The notes below the pieces were generated by a model. It saw only the letters and a list, made by a program, of their open reading frames with translations, was not told the origin of the DNA and made no database searches. A stretch of 64,000 nucleotides of DNA from an uncultured delta proteobacterium (GTDB lineage: Bacteria > Desulfobacterota > Desulfomonilia > Desulfomonilales > Desulfomonilaceae), in the NCBI GenBank assembly GCA_963789265.1, contig CAWBKB010000001.1, positions 256,001 through 320,000 on the forward strand. The letters are read 5' to 3'. How positions within the stretch are numbered: position 1 is the first letter of the stretch; every line of letters begins with the position of its first letter. Both the position numbers and the translations under genes were made by a program. Below, one piece after another: positions 19,223 to 29,681 of the stretch.

Positions 19223-19510
19223 TTAGTTTTCCTGGGAGACCGATTTCCTCTCGTACCGGATATACGTGTACACCATCGGTATGAATGTGCACGCGGCAAG
19301 AATCAAGCCGAAGACAATGTCTCTCTGGAGTCCAAGCTGCACGTAAGACGCTCGTCCAATCGGATTGCTTAGATAGCTCACCATTCTTAACAGGACGAGG
19401 ACGAAAGGGATCCCGAAAAAGATCGAACACAGGATGCTCACTACGTTGAATAATTGTTTTGCCTCATGCACATCGTCGCAGTGAGCTGAAGGCAGGCAAC
19501 TTACTCTCAT
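19223..19510 (-). CDS. Small two-TM hypothetical protein
   Basis: AGGAGG RBS before ATG at 19510; two hydrophobic helices. Confidence 0.5.
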   Translation of the reverse strand: MRVSCLPSAHCDDVHEAKQLFNVVSILCSIFFGIPFVLVLLRMVSYLSNPIGRASYVQLGLQRDIVFGLILAACTFIPMVYTYIRYERKSVSQEN

Positions 19511-19718
19511 TGCTTCAGCCTCCTTTCTAGTATTTGCAATTAAAATAGGCACCGAATTCGATTTTTCCAAGAGGAGGAAGCCACTCCGCTCGAAGAAATA
19601 ATACCGCACCCCGTCGGTCCGTTGATTAGACCCAAATACTTTACCGCTGCCCTGATAAGTGGTACACATCCGGAAACAAGTCATAGGAAATGGCGTTTCT
19701 TGACTGCGACTTTGTACC

Positions 19719-20622
19719 ATGCGAGGCAGACTGACAGAAAATGGTGAACAGGTGAACCGCGAAGAGGAAAGCAAATTGCCGGATAGCGCGGAAAGGTCCG
19801 GTAAATCTGATAATACTGGATATCGAGAGATTATTTTTGAACAGAAAGGCAATATTGCAGTCCTGACATTGAATCGCCCTGATATTCGGAATGCTTTCAC
19901 TCATCAGGAGATGATCGACGAAATCGTCGACGCGTGCCAAAGGGTGCAGGATGCCGAGTCAGTGAGCGTGCTCGTGGTTACGGGCGCCGGCGCCGCCTTT
20001 TCGGCCGGCGGCAACGTTAAGGACATGTACAAGAAAGAGGGCATGTTCTCGGGGGACCCCAATGACGTTCGGCAGAACTACCGCAAAGGGATCCAGCGAG
20101 TTACCCTGGCATTCCAGCGCCTCGATGTGCCGGCCATTGCTGCGGTGAACGGCCCGGCCATGGGCGCGGGCTGCGATCTTACCTGCATGTGCGACATACG
20201 TATTGCCAGTGAGAAGGCGCGTTTCGGAGAGACCTTTGTGTCGGTAGGATTGATTCCCGGGGATGGCGGGGCGTTTCTTGCTGCCTCGGATCGTCGGGTT
20301 CTCCAAAGCCTTGGAATTGGCTTTCACTTGCCGCGTGATTGACGCTGCCGAGGCACTGCATATCGGCCTTGTAAGCGAAGTGACGCCACCGGAAACGCTG
20401 ATGGAGCGTGCAATGGAAGTTGCGGCTGAGATTGCCCAGCACCCGGCACGAATACTCCGTCTGGCCAAGCGGCTATTCTATCTCTCCCAGGGGAGGAGCC
20501 TGGAAGAGACGCTGGAACTCTCCTGCTCATTCCAGGCCCTGTGCCACCATAGTCCCGAACACATGGCCGCCCTGGAGGCGTTTTTTGCTAAGCAACGAAG
20601 TCGGAGCAAGCTCAAGGATTGA
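19719..20622 (+). CDS. Enoyl-CoA hydratase/crotonase family protein, frameshift near 20275
   Basis: LNRPDIRNA, AFSAGG, AAVNGPAMGAG, FGETF..VGLIPG.GG then LLPRIVG in the next frame. Confidence 0.88.
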
Positions 20623-20837
20623 GGTCGCCTAGCATGTGGTGAACCTCGCGTGCCCTGGGATTCACCACATCCGGGCTGACGCGCGGCGGCCCCAATTTAC
20701 GTTGATGGGAACGTCCCGCGAGGAGCGAGACAGCCTGTCGCTGATGGACGGGCAGGATGCCCGTGGCCACTGTTAGATGACCATCGCCTCCAAGTCATTT
20801 TCTTTCGGAACTGTTCACTTGACGCAGAGGCTGGACT

Positions 20838-20911
20838 GTCATTGCGAGCGGAGCGAAGCAATCTTTTCCTCCAACCTCCTAGATTGCTTCGTCGTTTCAC
20901 TCCTCGCAATG
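20838..20911. repeat. Palindromic dispersed repeat (GTCATTGCGAG...GAAGCAATC / GATTGCTTC...CTCGCAATG)
   Basis: Related copy with the halves in swapped order at 34458-34529. Confidence 0.7.
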
Positions 20912-21004
20912 CCAGGGTGCCAACGGCTCCCCCTAGTAACTGAATACTTATCCAGAAGAGCAAATTTTTGTTGACAACTTAATCTGGACTCCTGTATTTT
21001 TATC

Positions 21005-21028
21005 TAGACCGACCGGTCAATCCACAAC
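21005..21028. promoter_or_regulatory. TetR operator candidate 1
   Basis: TAGACCGACCGGTCAATCCACAAC just after TTGACA (20971) and before the tetR ATG; repeated at 21666. Confidence 0.6.
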
Positions 21029-21039
21029 GGAAAGATACC

Positions 21040-21648
21040 ATGCGCGATTCCGCCGTAAGTGACGTCAAGGAAACCATTATCAGGGAAAGCACCAGGCTGT
21101 TCCTTGCCAACGGCTTCCGAGGCACGTCCGTCAAACAGATTACCGAAGCGGCTGGAATTGGGAGAGGCACCCTCTACTGGTATTTTAAGAGTAAAGACGA
21201 CATCTTAAAGAGTGTATTCACAAAATTCGAACACGAGTTCCTGGAGGGACTTATGGAAGCCGTGCGCGGCTGCAACGGCGATTTCATGGTGAAATACAAG
21301 GTACTTCACAAATTTTCCTCAGAATTTGCTCGGGACAACCGAGACCTGTCCTTGGCCTTCAATGCTCTTCTCAATGAGATCGTGGGAACCAACACCGGAT
21401 GCGAGGTTGTGGCTAGGGCTATATGGGAACGATTCCGGGGTTTTTTCGAGGAAATGCTGAGAGATGGGAAGCGGGAAGGCACGGTGGGTGCGGAGATAGA
21501 CCCGGCGATCTACTCTCATATCATGGTGGCAAGCCATACAGGGATGCTTGTCCAGTGGTTTGTCAATGGAGAGGAACTCGATGCCCCTACGTTTGTAAGA
21601 ACATTTCGGGACTTCCTTTTGAAGGGTCTTACGGGAAGGGAGCGATAG
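21040..21648 (+). CDS. TetR/AcrR transcriptional regulator
   Basis: GFRGTSVKQITEAAGIGRGTLYWYFKSK HTH. Confidence 0.92.
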   Translation: MRDSAVSDVKETIIRESTRLFLANGFRGTSVKQITEAAGIGRGTLYWYFKSKDDILKSVFTKFEHEFLEGLMEAVRGCNGDFMVKYKVLHKFSSEFARDNRDLSLAFNALLNEIVGTNTGCEVVARAIWERFRGFFEEMLRDGKREGTVGAEIDPAIYSHIMVASHTGMLVQWFVNGEELDAPTFVRTFRDFLLKGLTGRER

Positions 21649-21665
21649 TTTTTTTTGGATCGGGC

Positions 21666-21689
21666 TTGACTGATCGGTCAGTCCACAAC
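21666..21689. promoter_or_regulatory. TetR operator candidate 2
   Basis: TTGACTGATCGGTCAGTCCACAAC upstream of gene 21713. Confidence 0.6.
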
Positions 21690-21712
21690 CGCGTATAGAA
21701 AGGAACTCTAGA

Positions 21713-23203
21713 ATGGCCCTCAAAACACCTCAAGAATACATTGAGAGCCTCAAAGACGGCAGAGTTGTTTACTGCGATGGTGAAAAGGTGCCGGACGTAA
21801 CGACACATCCGATCCTTAAGAGCTGCCGTGATTGGATGGCAATGGATTATATCCTAAATCAGGATACCCGCTATCAGGAGCTTCTAACGGAAAAGAACGA
21901 GGACGGCGAACGAGTCAGTTTTGCGCTGATGCCCCAGCGGACGCGAGAGGACCTGTTAAGGCTTCGCGAGATGGTAAAGCTGTGGGCCAGGGTTTGTTTC
22001 GGAAAACCCTCCGGGGCAAAGTTTGTCGCTAAAGATGGTCTGAATGCTGTGACGGTGGTCAGTCCCAGAGTCGACAAGAAGTGTGGGACCCATTATGCCG
22101 AAAATGTGGCAGCATATCGAAGATATCTGCAAAAGAACGATCTTTCTTTCGCAATGGGCTTGACCGATGTCAAGGGTGACAGAAGCCTCCGTCCTTCGCA
22201 GCAGAAGCAACACCAGGATTTTTACGTGCGGATTGTGGAAGAGCGCAAAGACGGAGTAATCGTGAGGGGCGCAAAGACCCACATCAGCCAGGCACCTCTC
22301 TGTAACGAAATATTGGTCGCACCCTGCAGGGCCATGAAAGAGGAGGACAAAGCCTATGCCGTGGCCTTTGGGGTCCCGGTTAATGCCAAAGGGTTGACGC
22401 TCATCTCTGCCGAACCCGAAGTCAAGGAGGGGGCGAGCCTTTTCGATCATCCCATTTCCGGCAGTATTTTTATCAACGATGCCACAATTATTTTTGACGA
22501 CGTCTTTATCCCCAGCGAGCGGCTCTTTTTGAAAGGGGAGTGGGAATTCGCGGGCCAGGTTGCGCACATGTTTGCCAATTTTCATCGCCTAAGCGCCGAG
22601 ACCTACAAAGCAATGGAGCTCGAGCTGTTTACCGGGGCCGCTTCCCTGATGGCCGAATACAACGGCATAGAGAAGGTGGCCCATGTACGTGACAAGTTAA
22701 CCTGGCTGGCCATGTATACAGAAGCTGTGGAAGTGCTGGGAAGGGCGGCAGTTGAGCACTGCAGTAGCGAAAAGGACTCGGAGCTTGTTTACCCCAATCC
22801 GATGATTGCCAATATCTGCAAGTTCCACTTTGCCGACAACTGGCACCAGGCCACGAAATATATTCAGGATATTGCCGGAGGGATTGTGGCGACTTGTCCG
22901 TCTTCCAAAGACTACTTCAATCCCGAAACTCAGGCCCTGCTGGATAAGTATTTGGGTGGAAAGGATGGAATACCCACAGAAGACAGGCTTCGAATGGTGA
23001 AGCTCGTCAGGGATCTGACCTCTTCGTATGAAGATGTCCTCACCATTCATGCTGAGGGGTCCTTGGAGGCTCAGAAACTTTCCATCCTTGCTCTGGCCGA
23101 TTTCGACCGGTACCAGGCAGCAGCCAAGAGGGCAGCCAGGGTGGGGAACAACAAAGGACATCCTATTTTTAGTGAACTGCCCGCTTTTCCTCCAGAGCTA
23201 TAG
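21713..23203 (+). CDS. 4-hydroxybutyryl-CoA dehydratase / 4-hydroxyphenylacetate 3-hydroxylase family protein
   Basis: YIESLKDGR, TDVKGDRSLRPSQQ, VRGAKTH, FDDVFIP.ERLF, HAEGS. Confidence 0.85.
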   Translation: MALKTPQEYIESLKDGRVVYCDGEKVPDVTTHPILKSCRDWMAMDYILNQDTRYQELLTEKNEDGERVSFALMPQRTREDLLRLREMVKLWARVCFGKPSGAKFVAKDGLNAVTVVSPRVDKKCGTHYAENVAAYRRYLQKNDLSFAMGLTDVKGDRSLRPSQQKQHQDFYVRIVEERKDGVIVRGAKTHISQAPLCNEILVAPCRAMKEEDKAYAVAFGVPVNAKGLTLISAEPEVKEGASLFDHPISGSIFINDATIIFDDVFIPSERLFLKGEWEFAGQVAHMFANFHRLSAETYKAMELELFTGAASLMAEYNGIEKVAHVRDKLTWLAMYTEAVEVLGRAAVEHCSSEKDSELVYPNPMIANICKFHFADNWHQATKYIQDIAGGIVATCPSSKDYFNPETQALLDKYLGGKDGIPTEDRLRMVKLVRDLTSSYEDVLTIHAEGSLEAQKLSILALADFDRYQAAAKRAARVGNNKGHPIFSELPAFPPEL

Positions 23204-23668
23204 GGAAAGTTGGTTGAAAACGGGATGAAATGGGATCTTTAGCTGTAAAAGTACATCAGGGACTAGGGGACGAGTGACACCGTGCTTTTAGTGGGACAGG
23301 CATCTTGCCTGTCGTCATGCCCGCGTACGCGGGCATCCAGACTGGACCCCGGATCGAAGTCCGGGGTGACGAATGGCAGGCAGGATGCCTGCCCCACCTT
23401 ATCCTCGCCGGGATTGTACTTGTTTGATGGCGCACTGGTAATAGTGCTCCATTTCCAAAAAGTACGGTGCCAATTGCACGGTAGCGCCGGCCTCCGTGCC
23501 GGAGGTTTCGGAGTGACCGGCACGGAGGCCGGCGCTACCGGAACAAGATTCCGGACACACGCAACCAGCACATCGGAATACGAGACCGAATTTGAGTATG
23601 AGAGCGCTTAAACAATGCGTTTTCCCCGATTGGAATCGGGAGATGGCTCGGTCGAAAGGAGGTCGATC

Positions 23669-25327
23669 ATGGGAAAAAGATGGTACAAGGTATGGCCCTC
23701 CTGGGTTCCCAAGACCTTTGTAGTGGATAAGCCCGCATCCGAATATATACGGGAATGGGCGGCATTGACCCCTGAACGGATAGGCCTCAGTTTTTACGGC
23801 CGGGACATTACCTATCGGGAACTCGATCAATCGATCGATGCTATAGCCTGGGGCCTGGCCGATCTGGGCGTTAAGAAGGGGGACCGTGTGGCTGTTCACA
23901 TGGAAAATTGCCCTCAGTTTGTCATGGCCTATTTCGGGATACAAAGGGCCGGCGGAGTGGTCGTTCCAGTCAACCCCATGTTCAAGCAGACCGAACTGGA
24001 ACATGAACTGAACGACGCAGGGACAGGGATCTTGTTCGGTCTTGATTCTCTTTATCCCGAAGTGGAAAAGATAAGGTCCCGTACGCCACTGAGAAATGTC
24101 ATCCTTACTTCCCTTGATGCATATCTTCCGGAAAAGCCCATGCTGGCCGTACCACCGGAGGTCGGAACGGGCGACCGATCTTTTCCCGATACCCTTTCCT
24201 TCGAGACTTTCATCCGGAAATCCACACCCCGGCCCCTCTCCCTTGTGGCTGATTTGAGAAAAGAACTGGCAGTTTTGCAGTATACCGGAGGGACCACCGG
24301 CATACCTAAAGGAGCGATGATCAGCCATTATGCCTTAAGCGCGGCCACTTTCGTGTCTTTGTATTGGTACCACCATCGGGAAGACGATGTGTTCATGGGA
24401 GTGGCGCCCTTCTTCCACGTAATGGGCCAGATAAACCTGATGTGCACTCCCCTGGCGTCCGGTGCTCAGGTCGTTATTTTGTCTCGCTTTGTTCCGGAGG
24501 TGCTGGCGCAGGCTGTTGCTCATTACCGATGCACTTATTGGGTAGGAGCTACCCCTATGGTGATTGCTTTGCTCAATCTCCCCAATCTCAAAGATTACGA
24601 CTTAAGCTCCCTGCGGTGCCTCTGGACCGGTGGAGCCCCAATTTCCACCGAGCTCCAGAGGAAATTAAAGGACCTTTTGCCCAATACGGTCGTGGGCGAG
24701 GGATACGGGATGACTGAGACCATGTCCTCGGGCGGCACTTGCACGCCGCTTTTCCGCTACAAGCCGGGCTTCGTGGGCATCCCCGAGCCCAATGTAGACA
24801 TGAAAATCGTCGATCAAGAAACCGGAACAAAGGAGCTGGGGGAAAACAAGGAGGGAGAGATCATTATCAAAGCCGACTCCATGATGCTCGGCTACTGGAA
24901 CAGGCCGGAGGAGACCGAGCAAGTCTTGAAAGACGGCTGGCTTCATACAGGAGACATAGGTCTCATGGATGAGGAAGGCTACCTCAAGTTTCTGGGAAGA
25001 ACACGAGAATTAATCAAATGCTCCGGCTTCAGTGTCTTCCCGGCCGAGGTGGAGGATCTTCTTTACCGACATCCGGCTGTTAAGGAAGCCGCGATCATAG
25101 GGGTAAACGACCCCTACAGAGGAGAGACACCCAAAGCCTTCATCGTTCTGAAAGAGGAGTATGCCGCCGAAATCAAGGAAGAAGAGATTCTGGAGTGGTG
25201 CAAAGACAACATGGCGGCTTACAAACGTCCGCGTATCGTAGAGTTCAGACAGGATTTGCCCAAAAGCGCCGCAGGAAAGTTACTCAGGCGGATTTTGGCC
25301 CAAGAAGAAATGGAGAAGCAAGCTTGA
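23669..25327 (+). CDS. Long-chain-fatty-acid--CoA ligase family protein
   Basis: YTGGTTGIPKG, EGYGMTE, GWLHTGD, PKSAAGK; AGGAGG RBS. Confidence 0.92.
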   Translation: MGKRWYKVWPSWVPKTFVVDKPASEYIREWAALTPERIGLSFYGRDITYRELDQSIDAIAWGLADLGVKKGDRVAVHMENCPQFVMAYFGIQRAGGVVVPVNPMFKQTELEHELNDAGTGILFGLDSLYPEVEKIRSRTPLRNVILTSLDAYLPEKPMLAVPPEVGTGDRSFPDTLSFETFIRKSTPRPLSLVADLRKELAVLQYTGGTTGIPKGAMISHYALSAATFVSLYWYHHREDDVFMGVAPFFHVMGQINLMCTPLASGAQVVILSRFVPEVLAQAVAHYRCTYWVGATPMVIALLNLPNLKDYDLSSLRCLWTGGAPISTELQRKLKDLLPNTVVGEGYGMTETMSSGGTCTPLFRYKPGFVGIPEPNVDMKIVDQETGTKELGENKEGEIIIKADSMMLGYWNRPEETEQVLKDGWLHTGDIGLMDEEGYLKFLGRTRELIKCSGFSVFPAEVEDLLYRHPAVKEAAIIGVNDPYRGETPKAFIVLKEEYAAEIKEEEILEWCKDNMAAYKRPRIVEFRQDLPKSAAGKLLRRILAQEEMEKQA

Positions 25328-25377
25328 TTGAGTTACACCGACCAACTTGACGCCACTGAGCAAGAGGAGGCAGGCAA

Positions 25378-26355
25378 ATGAACCTTTCTGCAAACAATGG
25401 TCAGGTCATGACGGTCCTTGGCCCTATTTCAGCGGACGAATTGGGCGTAACCCTGGTTCATGAGCACATGGCATTCGGGTTTCCGGGTTGGTCTGCCGAT
25501 GAAACCATGGCGCCCTACGATCCGGAAGCCATTGAAGCCAAGTGCTTAAGTATCTTAAAAGATGTGAAAGCAGTGGGAGTTAAGTCCATAATCGATGCCA
25601 CCCCTTGCGACGTAGGCGGCCGCGACCCGGCGATCTTGAAGAATCTCGCCGAGAAATCCGGAGTCCACATCATTGCGACCACCGGGTTGTACTATGAAAA
25701 GGATGGAGGGTCTTCCTATTTCAAGTGGCTCCAGTTCGCTCAGCGGGATGTAGAGCAGGACATCTACGAGTTATTCAAACAGGAAATCACCGCAGGCATT
25801 GGAAAAACAGGGGTAAAGCCCGGCGTTATCAAGGTGTCCACCGACGATCCATCGATCAGCGAATACGAACAGATGGTAGCCAGGGCCGCAGTACGGGCGG
25901 CCAACGAGACCGGGGTCCCGATCATTACCCATTGTCAGGGCAACGCAGTGGGGCCGGTTCAACAGGACCTGTTCCTTCGACTGGGTGCAAATCCCAAAAA
26001 GATCATGATCGGTCACCAAAACAACTCCCTTGATGTCGATTACCACCTCTTCCAACTGCAAAAGCCGGACTTTTTCATCGCCTTTGATCGCACCGGCAGC
26101 ATCAATGACCCCAAGGCTGAAGACTGTCTCATCGAGCTGATAAGGAAAGGCCATGCCGACAGGCTGATGATTTCTCATGATTCCATCGGCGTCTGGCTTG
26201 GAAGAGCGATTGACTTAGGGCCGAAGGCCGCCGAGTGGTACCCGACCTACATTCACAAAAGACTGATCCCGAAGATGAAAGCGGCCGGAGTGACCGACGG
26301 TCAAATTCAGACGATGCTGGTAGACAATCCGCGGCGCCTATTTGCAGGAGAATGA
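25378..26355 (+). CDS. Phosphotriesterase-like lactonase family protein
   Basis: TVLGPI, TLVHEH, GVIKV, PIITH, IGH, ISHD, DNPRRLF. Confidence 0.92.
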   Translation: MNLSANNGQVMTVLGPISADELGVTLVHEHMAFGFPGWSADETMAPYDPEAIEAKCLSILKDVKAVGVKSIIDATPCDVGGRDPAILKNLAEKSGVHIIATTGLYYEKDGGSSYFKWLQFAQRDVEQDIYELFKQEITAGIGKTGVKPGVIKVSTDDPSISEYEQMVARAAVRAANETGVPIITHCQGNAVGPVQQDLFLRLGANPKKIMIGHQNNSLDVDYHLFQLQKPDFFIAFDRTGSINDPKAEDCLIELIRKGHADRLMISHDSIGVWLGRAIDLGPKAAEWYPTYIHKRLIPKMKAAGVTDGQIQTMLVDNPRRLFAGE

Positions 26356-26443
26356 TCGAGGAAGTGATGTAACGGAAGGCACTCTGGCGCAGGCAGGCCA
26401 AGGTTACCATTAGGTCAGATTCTTATCCCAAAGGAGGCTCAGA

Positions 26444-27664
26444 ATGAATCGAAAGAGGTCATTATCGGCTTCAAGTATGGTTTCGATCCTCGTAGCATGT
26501 CTGTTCATTTTTTCGGCTTGGGGCCCAGAGGCTGGGGCAGCTCAGGCAAAGAAATTGAAGATCGGCATGATCGCCTGCCTGACAGGTTTTTTCTCGCCTA
26601 ATGACGTGCCCGGTGCGCATGAGGCACAAATGACTGCCGACATGATAAACGAGCAGGGCGGGATCACCGTCAAAGGTCAAAAGTACAAGCTGGAGATTAT
26701 TGTCGAGGACGCAAAGAGTACGCTCGACGGAGTCACCGCCGCGGCTAACCGGCTGGTCTATGATGAAGGAGTGAAACTGATTCTTGGCCCCGCAGGTTTC
26801 TTTTCTGCCGCATCGTCACCCGTTACAACCCCGAACAAGGTGCTCAACATAATAAGCTTCTCCACGGGCCAGCCGGGGGAATTGGACAAGACGACACCAT
26901 ATACCTTTCAGGCTTACGACGGCACGGCAGCGAGCTTCGGCGCGGGTATCAGCTACGTCAAAATGCACTTCCCAAAAATAAAGAAGGTCGCCATCGTTAC
27001 CGCGGACGATGGATCTGCCCAGTACCTCAAGCCCGTATTCCAAAAAACGTTGGAATCTGCCGGGATGAAGATGGCAGCCGATCCTGTCCTTTTTCCTAAC
27101 CAAATGCAAGATTACAGCCCTATAGCGGCGAAGCTCAATGCAATCAAAGACGCAGACGCGATTGGGGTAGGGCTGGCTCTGCCAAATACTGTTGGTGCAA
27201 TAGTCAAAGGTCTGAGGGAATTGGGCAACAAGAAGCTTGTCTTTATGGGGGTCGTGTGCCCCTGCTCGGTGGTGGCACAGATCGCTGGTCCCGAAGCAGC
27301 CGCTCATGTGGTTCTAAGCAGCGTCACTCCTAACGATCCGGGCAACCCGCCCTTGATGAACAAAATAAGCGAGAGACTCATCGCCAAGTATGGAGCAAAT
27401 ACGCCGGTCTATCTTCAGAGTGCCAACTCGCTTTGGGTCTTGAAGCAGGTTATTGAAGCGGCTCAGAGCATTGAAACGGATGCGATAAAGGCGAAATGGG
27501 AGTCCACGGACAAGGTGGAGACGTTCTTTGGAACCGGAATGGTGTGCGGAAATGCAACCACCGGGATCAAGCATCACGTGGTCACGCACCCATTGCCTTT
27601 TCAGACCGTGAAAAACGGCAAAGTAGTCTCGGCTGGGTTCTCAGGCGACGTGGTCCTGCCATAG
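26444..27664 (+). CDS. Liv-type ABC transporter substrate-binding protein
   Basis: Signal peptide, INEQGGI, periplasmic binding protein type 1 pattern; operon context. Confidence 0.88.
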   Translation: MNRKRSLSASSMVSILVACLFIFSAWGPEAGAAQAKKLKIGMIACLTGFFSPNDVPGAHEAQMTADMINEQGGITVKGQKYKLEIIVEDAKSTLDGVTAAANRLVYDEGVKLILGPAGFFSAASSPVTTPNKVLNIISFSTGQPGELDKTTPYTFQAYDGTAASFGAGISYVKMHFPKIKKVAIVTADDGSAQYLKPVFQKTLESAGMKMAADPVLFPNQMQDYSPIAAKLNAIKDADAIGVGLALPNTVGAIVKGLRELGNKKLVFMGVVCPCSVVAQIAGPEAAAHVVLSSVTPNDPGNPPLMNKISERLIAKYGANTPVYLQSANSLWVLKQVIEAAQSIETDAIKAKWESTDKVETFFGTGMVCGNATTGIKHHVVTHPLPFQTVKNGKVVSAGFSGDVVLP

Positions 27665-27762
27665 TCAACCGGTCAGGTTAGCCCGCCGACTCAAGTAAAG
27701 CTGTGCCACGGCGCCCTCCTCGACGGCCGGCTGACCTGACAAAGATCCGGAACGGATTAGAC

Positions 27763-28620
27763 ATGGAACAGGTAATAGCCACGACAAGTAACGTACTGAT
27801 ATTGTCCTCGATGTACATTCTGGTAGCGCTGGGCTTTGCCTTTCTTTTTAACATGCTCGGTTTGCTCAATCTTGCCCATGGCGCTATTTACATGATCGGT
27901 GCATACATCGCCTTCATACTCATAGCGGGGTTAGGCCTCCCATTCTGGCTGGCCCTGATCTTCGCAACGCTTATGGTGGCCCTGTTGGGAGTCTTCCTCG
28001 AAAGGGTGTGCTTCCGCCCGTTTCTGGGGGATTTCAACCGCTCGGTAATGATATGCGTCGCCCTCACAGTCCTTTTTCAGACGACGGTCAACATTGTGGC
28101 AGGCGCCAAAACACTGGCTCTGCCGCCGGTTGCTGAAGGCATCCTTCATTATGGACCGGTCTCGTTGAGCCACGAAAGAATCATCATCTTTATCATTGGG
28201 GCGGTGCTCCTCCTGGCATTCGTTCTATTCGTGAATAAGACGAAATGGGGTCAACAAATGCAGGCTATCGCCCAGAACGCCGAAGGGGCTTCTCTGCAAG
28301 GCATCAATGTGCATCGGATATCGGCTCTGGCCAGCGGCCTGGGCTGCGGTCTCGCAGCTTTGGCGGGATGCTTGATGGGTGCTTTTCTGGGGATTGGACC
28401 TTTCATGGGAGATCAAATGCTGGTGAAGGCCCTCATGCTTGTCATCTTGGCCGGAGCGGGCAGCATGGGCGGCATTTTTTTGGCCGGCCTTCTGATGGGC
28501 ACCCTCAACTCCGTGTTGCCTCTGATGCTGAATGGAGCGGCCAGTGAAGCCGCCGCTGTTGCCGTAGTGATCGTTCTGCTCTTGATCAGCCCAAAGGGCT
28601 TCTTTGGCCATGAAGCATGA
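27763..28620 (+). CDS. Liv-type ABC permease (LivH-like)
   Basis: YILVALGF...LNLAHG, GASLQGIN, PKGFFG. Confidence 0.9.
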   Translation: MEQVIATTSNVLILSSMYILVALGFAFLFNMLGLLNLAHGAIYMIGAYIAFILIAGLGLPFWLALIFATLMVALLGVFLERVCFRPFLGDFNRSVMICVALTVLFQTTVNIVAGAKTLALPPVAEGILHYGPVSLSHERIIIFIIGAVLLLAFVLFVNKTKWGQQMQAIAQNAEGASLQGINVHRISALASGLGCGLAALAGCLMGAFLGIGPFMGDQMLVKALMLVILAGAGSMGGIFLAGLLMGTLNSVLPLMLNGAASEAAAVAVVIVLLLISPKGFFGHEA

Positions 28621-28680
28621 TAGGCGCCCACTGTGACGCTCTTCCGGCCGGCTATATTGAAGACGAGAAGGATTGCAGTC

Positions 28681-29679
28681 ATGGGTGAAGACAGCTTTTC
28701 TACCCCAATAAGTCCGCAAGTGGCTTTGGGAAGGAGAAGATGGGGTTCGGCTCCGGCATACGCGGCGCTGTTGGCCGTTTTAGCCCTGTGGCCGATCGTG
28801 TATCATTCATCTTACGTGATGCACCTGTTTATCCTCTGTTTCATCTATATAATTGCCAGCGTCAGTTTACGAACCATAACCATATCCGGCCAATTTCCGC
28901 TCGCCCACGGGGCTTTCATGGGCATCGGAGCTTACCTTGCTGGCATGGCTTCAAAATGGCTGGGCTGGCCGGGCTGGATTACCATGCCGGGAGGTGCACT
29001 CGGGGCAATGGTACTCGGAATCCTCATCGGCTACCCTTTCGCCAGGCTCAGGGCACTGTACTATGCCATGGGGACACTCTTCTTCGGCATAGGGGTCATA
29101 GACTTCATTGCGGCCTTCAGCAAGTATACCGGCGGATACAGTGGGCTTATGGGCATCCACCCCATTTTCGTAGGTTCCAAGGTTCCATATTACTATTTCT
29201 TTCTCGGCCTCGCTTTTGTAAGTACGTTGGCTCTCTATAGGTTCGAGTTCTCTCGAATCGGGACGAATCTGAAGGCTATTGCTCAGTCACATCTTGTGGC
29301 ATCGAGCGTCGGGATTAATGAAGCCTTCTACCGCATACTCGCAGTCGCGGTCGGCTGCTTCTTTGCCGGTTTGGCCGGCGCCGGCTACGCACTTTACAAT
29401 CAGGTGATTTCTTCTTCGAGTTTCAATTTCCTGGCCACCCTCTGGCTCGTGATGTACGTGCTTGTCGGCGGGGTTGAGAGCTTTGCCGGCCCCATAGTGG
29501 GAACCATAGTTCTGTTTCTGATGCCGGAGTTCGTGCGCGACCTCAAATACTATTCCCCTTTTGTGACCGCTGGAGTGTTGATCCTCGTAGTCTATCTCCT
29601 GCCCAAGGGGCTGGTAAGTCTTCCTGGCTTACTGCGGCAGAGGTGTGGACGCACGGCAATCGAAGAAAAGGGTGACTGA
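28681..29679 (+). CDS. Liv-type ABC permease (LivM-like)
   Basis: GQFPLAHGAFMGIGAY, YTGGYSG, LPKGL. Confidence 0.9.
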   Translation: MGEDSFSTPISPQVALGRRRWGSAPAYAALLAVLALWPIVYHSSYVMHLFILCFIYIIASVSLRTITISGQFPLAHGAFMGIGAYLAGMASKWLGWPGWITMPGGALGAMVLGILIGYPFARLRALYYAMGTLFFGIGVIDFIAAFSKYTGGYSGLMGIHPIFVGSKVPYYYFFLGLAFVSTLALYRFEFSRIGTNLKAIAQSHLVASSVGINEAFYRILAVAVGCFFAGLAGAGYALYNQVISSSSFNFLATLWLVMYVLVGGVESFAGPIVGTIVLFLMPEFVRDLKYYSPFVTAGVLILVVYLLPKGLVSLPGLLRQRCGRTAIEEKGD

Positions 29680-29681
29680 GT

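Noticed and set aside
23263..23611. Short ORFs in repeat-rich intergenic regions (also 18209-18681, 43821-44777, 56227-56842)
   Set aside because: They are translations of REP/MITE palindromes with no coding signal.
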